DNA of 64,000 bases from a virus, in the IMG/VR virus record IMGVR_UViG_3300025141_013434, positions 1-64,000 of that record, one strand, 5' to 3'. Shown here in pieces: positions 7,552 through 15,843 of the stretch (its first letter is position 1; each line of letters opens with the position of its first letter). The notes beneath the pieces are model-generated. The model ran no database searches. It was not told the origin of the DNA and was given only the letters and a program-made list of their open reading frames with translations. The position numbers and the translations under genes are program-made.

Positions 7552-7598
7552 CTATAAAAAAATTCTCGAAAAAAAATTGCGAATTTGCCGAACAATAG

Positions 7599-7627
7599 TT
7601 CGACGAACCAAATTCAAAAAAATTCAA
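7599..7627 (-). promoter_or_regulatory. ECF-sigma-like promoter, copy 4
   Basis: TTGAAT TTTTTTGAATTTGGTT CGTCGAACT (N16). Confidence 0.55.
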
Positions 7628-7638
7628 AAAATAAAACC

Positions 7639-7657
7639 CAATGATTTCAAGCACTTA
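7639..7657. promoter_or_regulatory. IHF-like 19-bp box, copy 3
   Basis: caatgatttcaagcactta, a 1-mismatch fit to WATCAANNNNTTR, next to A-tracts. Confidence 0.55.
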
Positions 7658-7990
7658 GCTTTTATTTTCAAAAAACTCATCTGGACCTGGGTCGCCCTCT
7701 TCATCATCTGGTGGAAGCAGATTATCGCGAACTGCCTGAATGTCCTCTGGGTAGGGCTCCCAGCCCTCGCCTGTGGGGTCAAAATGCTGACTATATAAGT
7801 CTACCATAAGATCCCTTAGCTGATCATCTGACATATCTCGAACTTCTTCTGGCGGAAGAACGCTCCTTACTTTGAACGCCAACTTCGTTAGCAAATCACC
7901 TTCAGACATGGCTTGACCATGGTCGCGGCGATCTTCGACGGAGTACTCGTTAACAAACCGCCTCCAACTTTCCATTATTAGCTTATACAT
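7655..7990 (-). CDS. acidic putative internal head protein (N-terminal LIMESWRRFVNE)
   Basis: Preceded by the late motif CTATTTATA (8006-8014); N-terminal WxxFxxE motif shared with 11324..13618. Confidence 0.65.
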   Translation of the reverse strand: MYKLIMESWRRFVNEYSVEDRRDHGQAMSEGDLLTKLAFKVRSVLPPEEVRDMSDDQLRDLMVDLYSQHFDPTGEGWEPYPEDIQAVRDNLLPPDDEEGDPGPDEFFENKS

Positions 7991-8048
7991 ATTGTTTCTC
8001 CTTTATATAAATAGAGGGAAACTAAGAAGAAATCTCCCTAAATAATAG

Positions 8049-8078
8049 CCAGCGGGAAAGGATCCTTTCCCGCTGGCC
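8049..8078. terminator. perfect 30-bp palindrome / intrinsic terminator after the PPIase gene
   Basis: GCCAGCGGGAAAGGATCCTTTCCCGCTGGC is its own reverse complement; followed by TATTATTT on the minus strand. Confidence 0.75.
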
Positions 8079-8087
8079 TCACTTCTT

Positions 8088-8540
8088 TTATTCCGCGTCG
8101 GAGGTGTCGCCGTCACGGATTTCAACCAACTCAATTTCAAAGTTAAGTTCCCTGCCAGCCATAGGATGATTAAAATCAACAACGACCGTCTCTTCCTGGA
8201 TCTCATTGATCTTACCAATCATGGGCTGACCTGCTGGAGAATTTCCCTGAACCATTTCGCCTTCCTTAAGGTCGAAATCGTCGGGAAAAACTGTCTTGGG
8301 AAACTCCATAAGGGCATTTGGATTTACTTCTCCATAACCTTCCTCTGGGGCTACTGTGACAGTCTTTGTTTCTCCCACCTTCATATCGACTACCGCATCG
8401 TTGAAGCCTGGGATCATCTGACCAGCGCCCACTTCGAAATCGATCGTCTCTCCTCTATCATGAGAACTATCAAACACTGTTCCGTCTTGAAAAGTCCCTT
8501 TGTAATGTACACTAACGGTATCTCCGTTTTTTGCTTTCAT
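8088..8540 (-). CDS. slyD: FKBP-type peptidyl-prolyl isomerase (SlyD/SlpA-like, no His-rich tail)
   Basis: VSVHYKGTFQDGTVFDSS...GQMIPGF...PEEGYG...VDFNHPMAGRELNFEIEL. True start is MKAKNG; the ORF-track extension runs into tRNA-Pro. Confidence 0.92.
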   Translation of the reverse strand: MKAKNGDTVSVHYKGTFQDGTVFDSSHDRGETIDFEVGAGQMIPGFNDAVVDMKVGETKTVTVAPEEGYGEVNPNALMEFPKTVFPDDFDLKEGEMVQGNSPAGQPMIGKINEIQEETVVVDFNHPMAGRELNFEIELVEIRDGDTSDAE

Positions 8541-8565
8541 TTTTTTCCTTTTTGCAAAAAGTTTA

Positions 8566-8639
8566 TCGGGATGAGAGGATTTGAACCTCCGACCCTCTGC
8601 TCCCAAAGCAGATGCGCTACCAGACTGCGCTACACCCCG
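8566..8639 (-). tRNA. trnP: tRNA-Pro (anticodon TGG)
   Basis: CGGGGTGTAGCGCAGTCTGGTAGCGCA-TCTGC-TTTGGGA-GCAGA...GGTTCAAATCC; no encoded CCA. Confidence 0.95.
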
Positions 8640-9188
8640 TCATAATCTCTTTAAAATCTTTTCTCTTTGTTGTTTTTTAAACTTGTGACTAAGTTTGGTG
8701 TCGGAATAGGTGATATGAATATACAAGCCATCATTGTCACCTATCATGAGGGCCTCGATCTTAAATCTTTCTTTTTTCCAGACAGTATCTACTTCATGTA
8801 AACCTAGTTTCGTAGAGTTGCAATACTCTTTTACAACCAAGTCGTCAGAAAGGGGATCCCTTGTTTCTTTCTGGTAGGTGAAGTGGCCGTACTTCTCGTT
8901 TAACATTTTTATAACATTTTTGTACTTTATCAAACAATTGTCTTCATTTAACCCTATCGGACCTAAAATTAAAAGCGCAGAAGCCAAACGATTTGAGGAG
9001 TATGTCAACTGTAGTTCCGTCTCCATTTCACCCAAATCTTCGCCAGTATATACAACGAGGCCCCACTTTGTATCTCCCAGGTGGTATTTGAAGCTTTCAA
9101 TTTTTATCGGAGTACTGTGTATGGTGTCCCAGTTTATACTCAGGGGGCTCAAAAGCACAACAAGTGACAACATTATATAACTAAACAT
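8640..9188 (-). CDS. exported hypothetical protein
   Basis: N-terminal hydrophobic signal; L.EKYG motif of periplasmic alpha/beta domains. Confidence 0.65.
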   Translation of the reverse strand: MFSYIMLSLVVLLSPLSINWDTIHSTPIKIESFKYHLGDTKWGLVVYTGEDLGEMETELQLTYSSNRLASALLILGPIGLNEDNCLIKYKNVIKMLNEKYGHFTYQKETRDPLSDDLVVKEYCNSTKLGLHEVDTVWKKERFKIEALMIGDNDGLYIHITYSDTKLSHKFKKQQREKILKRL

Positions 9189-9208
9189 TCAACCTCCCAC
9201 AAACTATG

Positions 9209-9592
9209 TTAGTCTAACAATACGGCAAGATCTTCGGACCTGACAGAGACGCAGTAGATTGTCAAAAGCGCCAGCACGGTGGCTACGGGAATGCCCCCTG
9301 GGTCAAGGAATAGATGGAAAGCATATATATTCATTGTAATTGGAACCAGTGCCACAACTGCTAAGTTTGTAAACCTATTAGATAAAAGCAGCAGACCGCA
9401 GCTAATCTCCACCAACTTCAGGAGCGGGAAAAAATACGCCGCAGTGGCTAGTCCCGTCAAGAAATGGATTGCTTGTGGCGCGGGGGCTGGCTGTGGAACA
9501 AATCCAAAAATGTCATTCAACCCAAACACAACAAGAAGAGCACCCAACAATATCCTCGATATCGATGCTAGTTGAACTTTTGAATCACTCAT
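9209..9592 (-). CDS. DoxX-family membrane protein
   Basis: SRILLGALLVVFGLN...YFFPLLKLVEISCGLLLL.NRF..LA...L.PIT.NI..FH. Confidence 0.85.
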   Translation of the reverse strand: MSDSKVQLASISRILLGALLVVFGLNDIFGFVPQPAPAPQAIHFLTGLATAAYFFPLLKLVEISCGLLLLSNRFTNLAVVALVPITMNIYAFHLFLDPGGIPVATVLALLTIYCVSVRSEDLAVLLD

Positions 9593-9770
9593 AATATATC
9601 CTTTTTAGTTTTTTAGTTTCTACAAGTTTGTAGCAATTATACGTTCGCCAAAATACTGTGACCCTGCCCATTGTTTCCCAGTTGCACTTGGTCACCAATC
9701 CAACCAAGACTCCAGGGTAGTCCAGGTGAGTCACAAGATCACCTACCGATATTGGACTACCTTCTCTCAC
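9585..9770 (-). CDS. small KOW/SH3-like protein
   Basis: ISVGDLVTH...VGLVT...VTVFW pattern. Confidence 0.6.
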   Translation of the reverse strand: MREGSPISVGDLVTHLDYPGVLVGLVTKCNWETMGRVTVFWRTYNCYKLVETKKLKRIYYE

Positions 9771-10320
9771 TTCTGCGATGAGAACGGACTTGGCGACGTT
9801 GCTGGCGTCTATCTTTTCTGACTGTACTCTTCTGTCGTGGACGTTGGTGATTAAAGACTCGCTTATTCCTTCTTCGAGCTTCTTTACGAAGACGCTTGTG
9901 CATTCTTCTATTCTTCTTGCGGAGCCTCTTGTGCGTGCGCCGATTACTCCTGATCCTTTGTCTAGATTCTCTCCAACTGCGGAGGTGACGGTGGCCGCGG
10001 CGAGTGAGGTGTCGTTCGTATCTGTCGTAATGACCGAGCCTAATCCTTATAGTGGGATTTCGCCATGGCTCATGTATGAAGACTAAACCTGCAGGGTCAA
10101 TTTTCATATATACGTCTGGATCCCAATTTTGATCAATGCCGTTGTAACTCCAGTAGTCATGATAAGTTTGTGGGGCTCGCTTCAAGTCTGGGCTCAGATA
10201 GTCATACTCAGTAACGTATACGATACTTGATGGTTCTATCATCGTGACCTCGTCAACATAACAGGCAGGTGTCACCCACGCTAACTGACTAGCAAAGATA
10301 AATAATATACAAGCACTCAT
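9757..10320 (-). CDS. exported protein with very Arg/His-rich C-terminal half
   Basis: Signal-like N-terminus ending PACYV; C-terminal ~85 aa dominated by R/K/H. Confidence 0.6.
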   Translation of the reverse strand: MSACILFIFASQLAWVTPACYVDEVTMIEPSSIVYVTEYDYLSPDLKRAPQTYHDYWSYNGIDQNWDPDVYMKIDPAGLVFIHEPWRNPTIRIRLGHYDRYERHLTRRGHRHLRSWRESRQRIRSNRRTHKRLRKKNRRMHKRLRKEARRRNKRVFNHQRPRQKSTVRKDRRQQRRQVRSHRRSERR

Positions 10321-10336
10321 TGTTTTTCCTTTCAAG

Positions 10337-10410
10337 CGCCCTCGGCAGGATTCGAACCTGCGACCTTCGGATTAGAAGTCCGCTGCTCTATCCAGCTGAG
10401 CTACGGGGGC
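10337..10410 (-). tRNA. trnR: tRNA-Arg (anticodon TCT)
   Basis: GCCCCCGTAGCTCAGCTGGATAGAGCA-GCGGA-CTTCTAA-TCCGA...GCAGGTTCGAATCCTGC. Confidence 0.95.
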
Positions 10411-10467
10411 AAATAATTCTCTATTTTTAAATTTTCCCATAAATTGAACTTTTTTGCAAGGAAAAAA

Positions 10468-10596
10468 TTAAAAATTTTGTTTTTTTTCGGTTTGAGCCCT
10501 GTCAATATCTTCCTGGGCTAAATGAGAGACAACAGCCAATGCAAGTATTGCAGCTATCCATAATCCCACCATCACATTCATTATTTTATCATTCAC
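10468..10596 (-). CDS. small single-TM protein (not in ORF track)
   Basis: (V/M)NDKIMNVMVGLWIAAILALAVVSHLAQEDIDRAQTEKKQNF*. Confidence 0.45.
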   Translation of the reverse strand: MNDKIMNVMVGLWIAAILALAVVSHLAQEDIDRAQTEKKQNF

Positions 10597-10708
10597 ATTG
10601 ACTTACCTCAGTCGCTTTTTTGAGCCTCTTATCATCGTATATCTCTTTCATACTGAAGACCACTAGCGTCAGTAAGACAGCTAGTACCTTAATCTTCCAG
10701 TCTTTCAT
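10589..10708 (-). CDS. small single-TM protein (not in ORF track)
   Basis: MKDWKIKVLAVLLTLVVFSMKEIYDDKRLKKATEVSQCE*. Confidence 0.45.
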   Translation of the reverse strand: MKDWKIKVLAVLLTLVVFSMKEIYDDKRLKKATEVSQCE

Positions 10709-11318
10709 CTTTCGTAATCTTGTCATATGATGTCACTGAAACAACTTCTGATAATTTATACACATACATAGCAGTGAGGTCCCCTCTGTTTCTCTTTGTG
10801 GAATTCTTTATCAAGTTTCTTAATTTTCTGAATGTGAGTTCAGAATTTATATAAAACTCAGCCGCAGAGAAGGCTGCAGTTACCGATGATGCTAATATAG
10901 ACCTACTACCACTCCTAAAAGTCACTTCTTTCTTATCTGGGTTTGTTAATCTCAAACCCACTGAAACTTCCGCATCTGAGCCCGAGCCTTTTGACTTCCT
11001 AATTCCCGATTGAGTATCGATATCAAGCCCCTTAAAGGACAGAGTTTCTAACGATTTGTATTTCTTTGAATAGTGCTCTACCAACATTTGCCAAATAGCG
11101 TCGATAGCACCATGGCCGCGACGTTCCATTTTTAAAGATCTTTCTTTTCCTTCTGCTCTCTCTAAAAACTCACAGTAAACTACCGTCTGGTCTTCAGCGA
11201 ATATTTCTGCAGCCGTTACCTGTTTGGGTGACAATTCTATGTAATCTTTTTTCAACACTTCTTTGATGATTTGCCTAATCTTGTCTCTTGTGTTTTCTTC
11301 TGGCGTTCTTATTGGCAT
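10689..11318 (-). CDS. stand-alone LeuA allosteric (regulatory) domain-like protein
   Basis: GHGAIDAIW...GSDAEVSV.L...SRSILASSVTAAFSA mirrors the GxGPVDA...GxDA..V...S.DI..AS..A pattern of isopropylmalate-synthase regulatory domains. Confidence 0.55.
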   Translation of the reverse strand: MPIRTPEENTRDKIRQIIKEVLKKDYIELSPKQVTAAEIFAEDQTVVYCEFLERAEGKERSLKMERRGHGAIDAIWQMLVEHYSKKYKSLETLSFKGLDIDTQSGIRKSKGSGSDAEVSVGLRLTNPDKKEVTFRSGSRSILASSVTAAFSAAEFYINSELTFRKLRNLIKNSTKRNRGDLTAMYVYKLSEVVSVTSYDKITKDERLED

Positions 11319-11323
11319 TTAAT

Positions 11324-13618
11324 CTACTCCACTCTTTCAAGTGAAGAAGAAATTTTAAATATCCTTTGTATGTTTTTGACTTTCTTAACGCCTCTTACTA
11401 TGGTCGACTTTACGCTTTCCGGATTGGCAAATTGGCCGGGGATGCTTGGAATAAACTTGACACTCAGGCCAGCTATATACGATTCTTCTGTTATTCTCCT
11501 GTTGCCTATTACGACTGTAACAATGGTCACATTAGGTAACGCCCGGATATCTGCCAGAATGTCGTCGAGGCCGCGCTGGAAATCCCCTGTGGTGATGTTA
11601 TAACCGACCATACAGTAGAACTTATATATTCCCCTCTGGCGGCTTCTGCCCTTTTCCTCGGAGACTCCTCCAAAGTACTCTAATAGTTCCTGTGCCAGTG
11701 CACCCTCTTGTGCAGGCTGTGGATCACCAAGGGTGGCCGGGATTGTACCATCGGGGAGATTATCGAGTTCCTTTTTCGCTGCGTCAGCTTTTGCGCGATT
11801 AGCTTCCCACTCTCTCCACATCTCTGTTAACACGTTACTGATGGCTTTTTCAATCCCTTTATAGCTTTGGTCCATAAATTTTATCGCTGCCATCGATGCA
11901 TCAATGACCTCTCGCGTCACTTCTGGATCCAAAGAGAACGCAACTCTCGCGGTAATGGTACGATTCATGCCGGTGTGGTCGCCGTGAAAAGTAACCACCA
12001 GATTGTCTGGTATTGATAATTCCTCGATGACTCTCGGGGGCAGATCGTCAATCGGAAGCTGTAATTGTTTTTGCATCAATATCATCAACTGTCTGTTCAA
12101 GCCCTGCAGATCTTTCATGAGCCTCTTAAGAAACTCATTGTTGCCGGGATATGCAGGCCGACGAGTGGGGTTTCCGCTTATTTTGATATCCAGCTTGTTG
12201 AACATTCCGCCATGGCCGAGGGTACCCATACTATCTCTGCCTTCTGGCAAATCAAGAGGAATAACACTGCTATTGGTAAAGACCATCCGATCTTCACTGG
12301 ACAGGTCGCTGGCCAGTTCGTAGTTCTTTAGGGTCGATGCAAATTCAGTCAACTCTTCACTAGCAGCATCAAATGCTGAGGGCATCATATACCCCTCTTT
12401 GACAAGATACTTTTCGACTATTCTTTTCAGGTCAACATAGTTATCATCCATTGTTGAGAGTTCAGACAAGAATGAATCATAGCCATCGGGATTGGGTTCG
12501 TAGTCCTGTGCATTGAGGTGTACTCTTATATCTACTGTGCCGCCGGTCTCGGTGATATCCACTTCATCAATGCCGTAGAGGTTTCCTTCCTCCCTCAGTG
12601 CATCTTCCAATTCACGGTCACTAAAGTAGTTTGGCAATTGGTACTCTGCGTCTTCGAAGCGATCTAAATCAAATTCAAATTCGAAACCGCCATTAAAATA
12701 CATGTACTCATCGATATCATAACTGTACCAAGCATGTTTTATAGAGTCTCTATATTCTTCTTCCACCTTTTCCGCTTGAGCCTCGAAGCCAGCAGACGGA
12801 TCTGGTGGGTTGTTTGCAACATTGGCTGCTCCCGAGTCTACAAGTTCTTCGTATATGTCATCCGAATCGCTTGTGCCGCGATTGTTTTTTTCGACAGCCG
12901 TTCGAAGCACGTCGAGGCCAACTTCGAGGTCGGTGGCGTCGTACACCTCTTCAAGGTCGCCGTGGTCGTCATACACTAAAGCAAAGCGGCGCTCTGGGGC
13001 ATCTTCTGGAATGTTGTTAAGCCTAGCCATAACGAAAGCCTTGCGATCAGAAGTATATTGATCGAAATAATTCTTAGTGTCTGTAGCAGAGATGCACCAT
13101 CTGGTATTTTTACCATAATAACAGGAAGCGCCCTCAGTATATGGTCTCACTGCGAATATATCGTCTTGATCATATACAATCTCAGATCCCTCGACAGCTG
13201 TTTCTTTTTCTTGCTTTTTAAGCTCTGATGCTGATGGGCCCACTGTTCTTACATCTGCCACCAGACTGGCCAAGGTCTTATATTTATTGATGTCTTTCTC
13301 TGGCATTCTATCTTGATTGTTTTCGAAGAATCCGAGCGCGTCAGCAATGACAAGTGCTTGACTTTGCAAAAAACTATGAGCAGCATTTTCCTGCGTCCTT
13401 TGAATATCTAGTTGTTTTGCGGCCCACATGATATATTTTGGGATTGCGCGTGGTCCAAGACGGTCAGTGATTAGGCGTTTGAGGTCTTCAACGTAACCCC
13501 ATTCGTCCAGTTCTTTGAATTTTTTCCTAGCGTCCTTAAATTTGCTCTCTATGAGTAATTGAAGTTCTAAATCAATGTCCTCTTTGAGAAAAGATTTCCA
13601 AGCCCTGTGAAAGTCCAT
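11324..13618 (-). CDS. large late-expressed protein with PcfJ-like (ASCYYG..TRWCIS) domain; probably head-packaged
   Basis: 764 aa; FAVRPYTEGASCYYGKNTRWCISA motif; N-terminal WKSFLKE; late motif at 13641-13648. Confidence 0.6.
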   Translation of the reverse strand: MDFHRAWKSFLKEDIDLELQLLIESKFKDARKKFKELDEWGYVEDLKRLITDRLGPRAIPKYIMWAAKQLDIQRTQENAAHSFLQSQALVIADALGFFENNQDRMPEKDINKYKTLASLVADVRTVGPSASELKKQEKETAVEGSEIVYDQDDIFAVRPYTEGASCYYGKNTRWCISATDTKNYFDQYTSDRKAFVMARLNNIPEDAPERRFALVYDDHGDLEEVYDATDLEVGLDVLRTAVEKNNRGTSDSDDIYEELVDSGAANVANNPPDPSAGFEAQAEKVEEEYRDSIKHAWYSYDIDEYMYFNGGFEFEFDLDRFEDAEYQLPNYFSDRELEDALREEGNLYGIDEVDITETGGTVDIRVHLNAQDYEPNPDGYDSFLSELSTMDDNYVDLKRIVEKYLVKEGYMMPSAFDAASEELTEFASTLKNYELASDLSSEDRMVFTNSSVIPLDLPEGRDSMGTLGHGGMFNKLDIKISGNPTRRPAYPGNNEFLKRLMKDLQGLNRQLMILMQKQLQLPIDDLPPRVIEELSIPDNLVVTFHGDHTGMNRTITARVAFSLDPEVTREVIDASMAAIKFMDQSYKGIEKAISNVLTEMWREWEANRAKADAAKKELDNLPDGTIPATLGDPQPAQEGALAQELLEYFGGVSEEKGRSRQRGIYKFYCMVGYNITTGDFQRGLDDILADIRALPNVTIVTVVIGNRRITEESYIAGLSVKFIPSIPGQFANPESVKSTIVRGVKKVKNIQRIFKISSSLERVE

Positions 13619-13667
13619 AAGAAGATGTTATCCTTTTATAATAAATAGTCTTTTGTAAAGTAAAGGG

Positions 13668-14018
13668 TCAAGCAAAAACTTGAATTAAAATTATAGCTAT
13701 TGAAAGAAAAAAGCAACTCATTGTTTTAAAAGTGAGCATGCTTTCATTTAAAAAATACCAAGTCAGAATAGGAAATAACAAAAGCCCAATGCATGAACCA
13801 ATGAAGCGAGCAGACCAAACAGAACCCATTGAATCAGATAGGAACTTCCAACCGAACCAGAAGCAGACGCTAGTTGGGATCCCAAAAATCAGGGCCGATG
13901 TGAAAGGCCTATCAGACCACCAATCCCACATCAATTGGGAATTCAACTGGAACCACCCTAGAATCTGTCCTGAAACGAACATCGCAACACCCAATACCAT
14001 CTTGTGGTTTTCTGTCAC
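13668..14018 (-). CDS. 4-TM small membrane protein (SMR/DMT-like)
   Basis: Four hydrophobic segments in 116 aa; FLNE....K..S.FL pattern. Confidence 0.6.
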   Translation of the reverse strand: MTENHKMVLGVAMFVSGQILGWFQLNSQLMWDWWSDRPFTSALIFGIPTSVCFWFGWKFLSDSMGSVWSARFIGSCIGLLLFPILTWYFLNESMLTFKTMSCFFLSIAIILIQVFA

Positions 14019-14365
14019 TGATTTTCCAAAAATACATTTTGACCTGCTAGTTCCGCTTTTGCGGTCGAGACCGTTAAAATAATTTTTGCCATTGACTGTA
14101 CTTCTCGAGGGTAAGCTTCGAAAGCTTCGTTTTCCTCTAGTAGCTGTGGGTCAAAGTTCTTTTCTATGAAAGCCCTCAATGATTGACAGTAATACTGTAC
14201 CATCCCCACCTTCATTAGAGAAAATTCACCGATAGGATTAATGTCTGTATAGTGGTCCCGTAAAATATCGTTTGTTTTGGCAAGATATTCCTCTGCTATC
14301 AAGAGCATGGATTCAATTTCGGCTTTTTTCAGTGGAAAAAACTTCGGCTTGTCCTTAGTTGACAT
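14015..14365 (-). CDS. hypothetical protein
   Basis: 116-aa ORF overlapping both neighbours. Confidence 0.7.
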   Translation of the reverse strand: MSTKDKPKFFPLKKAEIESMLLIAEEYLAKTNDILRDHYTDINPIGEFSLMKVGMVQYYCQSLRAFIEKNFDPQLLEENEAFEAYPREVQSMAKIILTVSTAKAELAGQNVFLENQ

Positions 14366-14768
14366 GGCGGCCCTTGCCCCAAAAGAGCTTGTTTTTTCTT
14401 TCCTCTGTGATTACGGTCATTGAAATGTACTTGTCGTCACCCCTATCAATCAGTTTTGCCTTATGTAGTCTTAAAACACCGTACTTTGGCTTGGGGGCTT
14501 TCTTGGCATACTTCTTGCGCGGGGGTGGAATATTCAAAGACTCAATACACAAAGATGCGATTTCTTCCGCAGAAAGATCCATACCATCAAATTTAGAAAA
14601 ATCCACGTCGAGGTTCATTCCCACGACCCACCTCTTTTTTCCGTATTGCGGGACATCCCAATAATTAGAAGAATGATACCGGCCATCTTTTTCCTTGGGG
14701 TTTTTTGACATTGAGTTCTCTCGCAAAGGACGAGGTTTACAAAATTCTCCCAATTCATCAAAGTTCAT
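14355..14768 (-). CDS. hypothetical basic protein
   Basis: Likely start MNFDEL after AGGAG. Confidence 0.65.
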   Translation of the reverse strand: MNFDELGEFCKPRPLRENSMSKNPKEKDGRYHSSNYWDVPQYGKKRWVVGMNLDVDFSKFDGMDLSAEEIASLCIESLNIPPPRKKYAKKAPKPKYGVLRLHKAKLIDRGDDKYISMTVITEERKNKLFWGKGRHVN

Positions 14769-15012
14769 GTCGAAATCTCCTTCTAAGATCGTCACAACCT
14801 CCGAGAAACCTAGTCTCTCCTGTTTCTGTGTTGTTCTCCAGGATCATCGGAACTGTGTTCCAGTTATAGAAATTCTTAGCATCTTCAATCGCACCTTGGT
14901 CATCAGTAAAATCAAAGAACACCTTCTGCATACCAAGATGATCCAATGTGTCCAGCGCCATTCTGCAAAAAGGACAACTAGTTCTCCCGTAAACTATAAA
15001 TCGACTAGCCAT
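14758..15012 (-). CDS. grx: glutaredoxin
   Basis: CPFC active site, TVP motif, GGCDDL. Confidence 0.93.
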   Translation of the reverse strand: MASRFIVYGRTSCPFCRMALDTLDHLGMQKVFFDFTDDQGAIEDAKNFYNWNTVPMILENNTETGETRFLGGCDDLRRRFRHEL

Positions 15013-15313
15013 GTAAAACCTCTCTTTTATTTGTATTTATTTTCTTGTTTATTTCCTCTAAGGAGCCGTAAACAGTCACATCAACCCCGCCACTACCTCT
15101 CGCGAGAGAAATAGTGCAAAATTCTGCATCGGACGCGGTGGGAACGCCGTCAATTAAGCCTTCTGATAGAATTTGGGACATGTTCTCGTTGGGCCTAATG
15201 AAAACGATGAGTTCCGCATTTACAAAAATATCCCTCATTGAGTATCTCATTCTCTGAGTTGGAGAGTTGGACATTCTCTTGTCCCTGTACACTTCTTTTA
15301 ATTTAAGAATCAT
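15005..15313 (-). CDS. hypothetical protein (FlbD-like pattern)
   Basis: MILKL...IFVNAELIVFIR...V.V.GSLEEI..KI. Confidence 0.6.
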   Translation of the reverse strand: MILKLKEVYRDKRMSNSPTQRMRYSMRDIFVNAELIVFIRPNENMSQILSEGLIDGVPTASDAEFCTISLARGSGGVDVTVYGSLEEINKKINTNKREVLHG

Positions 15314-15542
15314 TTTCTACCTCGTAAGATTTATCTTTCGACACAAACCATTTTTGACCATCGTGTAAGATTCTGTAACTGCTCTCAGATTGTTCTAGTA
15401 CAAGAAACACTTTTGGCTCATCAAGTCGAAGAATAGTTGTCGTCACCAATGGGTCTTCACTTTCAATGAGGTATGTTTCCGATGGAACGTATACCAAGCA
15501 CCCAGTCTGTGGATCTGGCTCTCTAGTTTTCTGTCTTATCAT
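15303..15542 (-). CDS. small SH3-like protein
   Basis: TGCLVYVPS...YRILHDGQKWFV. Confidence 0.6.
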   Translation of the reverse strand: MIRQKTREPDPQTGCLVYVPSETYLIESEDPLVTTTILRLDEPKVFLVLEQSESSYRILHDGQKWFVSKDKSYEVENDS

Positions 15543-15843
15543 TTTGTTCCTCCTGTGGCTGTGACTGAGGCGGGGATATCATTTCTGTCAGATAACCTCT
15601 CAAAATAGACTCCGAATCGCTTAAGAGAATGTCTGCCGAGAAGAGATCTTCTCGCAATGCCTCAATATCTGAAATGGCTTGTTGTACCTCCCCCTCCAAA
15701 ATAGACGATTCTACATCTGTTAACTTAGTTATTGCTCTTCTTACTTTTCCCACTTTAGACTCAGCCTTGCTCAAAATTAGTCTCACCTCTTCCGGGACCT
15801 CTTTCATGTCTACCGTGTAGCTTACCTTTACCTTCATACCCAC
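15523..15843 (-). CDS. coiled-coil hypothetical protein
   Basis: 106-aa helical ORF. Confidence 0.7.
   Translation of the reverse strand: MGMKVKVSYTVDMKEVPEEVRLILSKAESKVGKVRRAITKLTDVESSILEGEVQQAISDIEALREDLFSADILLSDSESILRGYLTEMISPPQSQPQEEQNDKTEN

Noticed and set aside
8541-8606. N-terminal extension of the PPIase ORF given in the track
   Set aside because: It overlaps tRNA-Pro; the real start is MKAKNG at 8540. Track extensions of ClpP, the OMP and 21920..22354 were trimmed for similar reasons.
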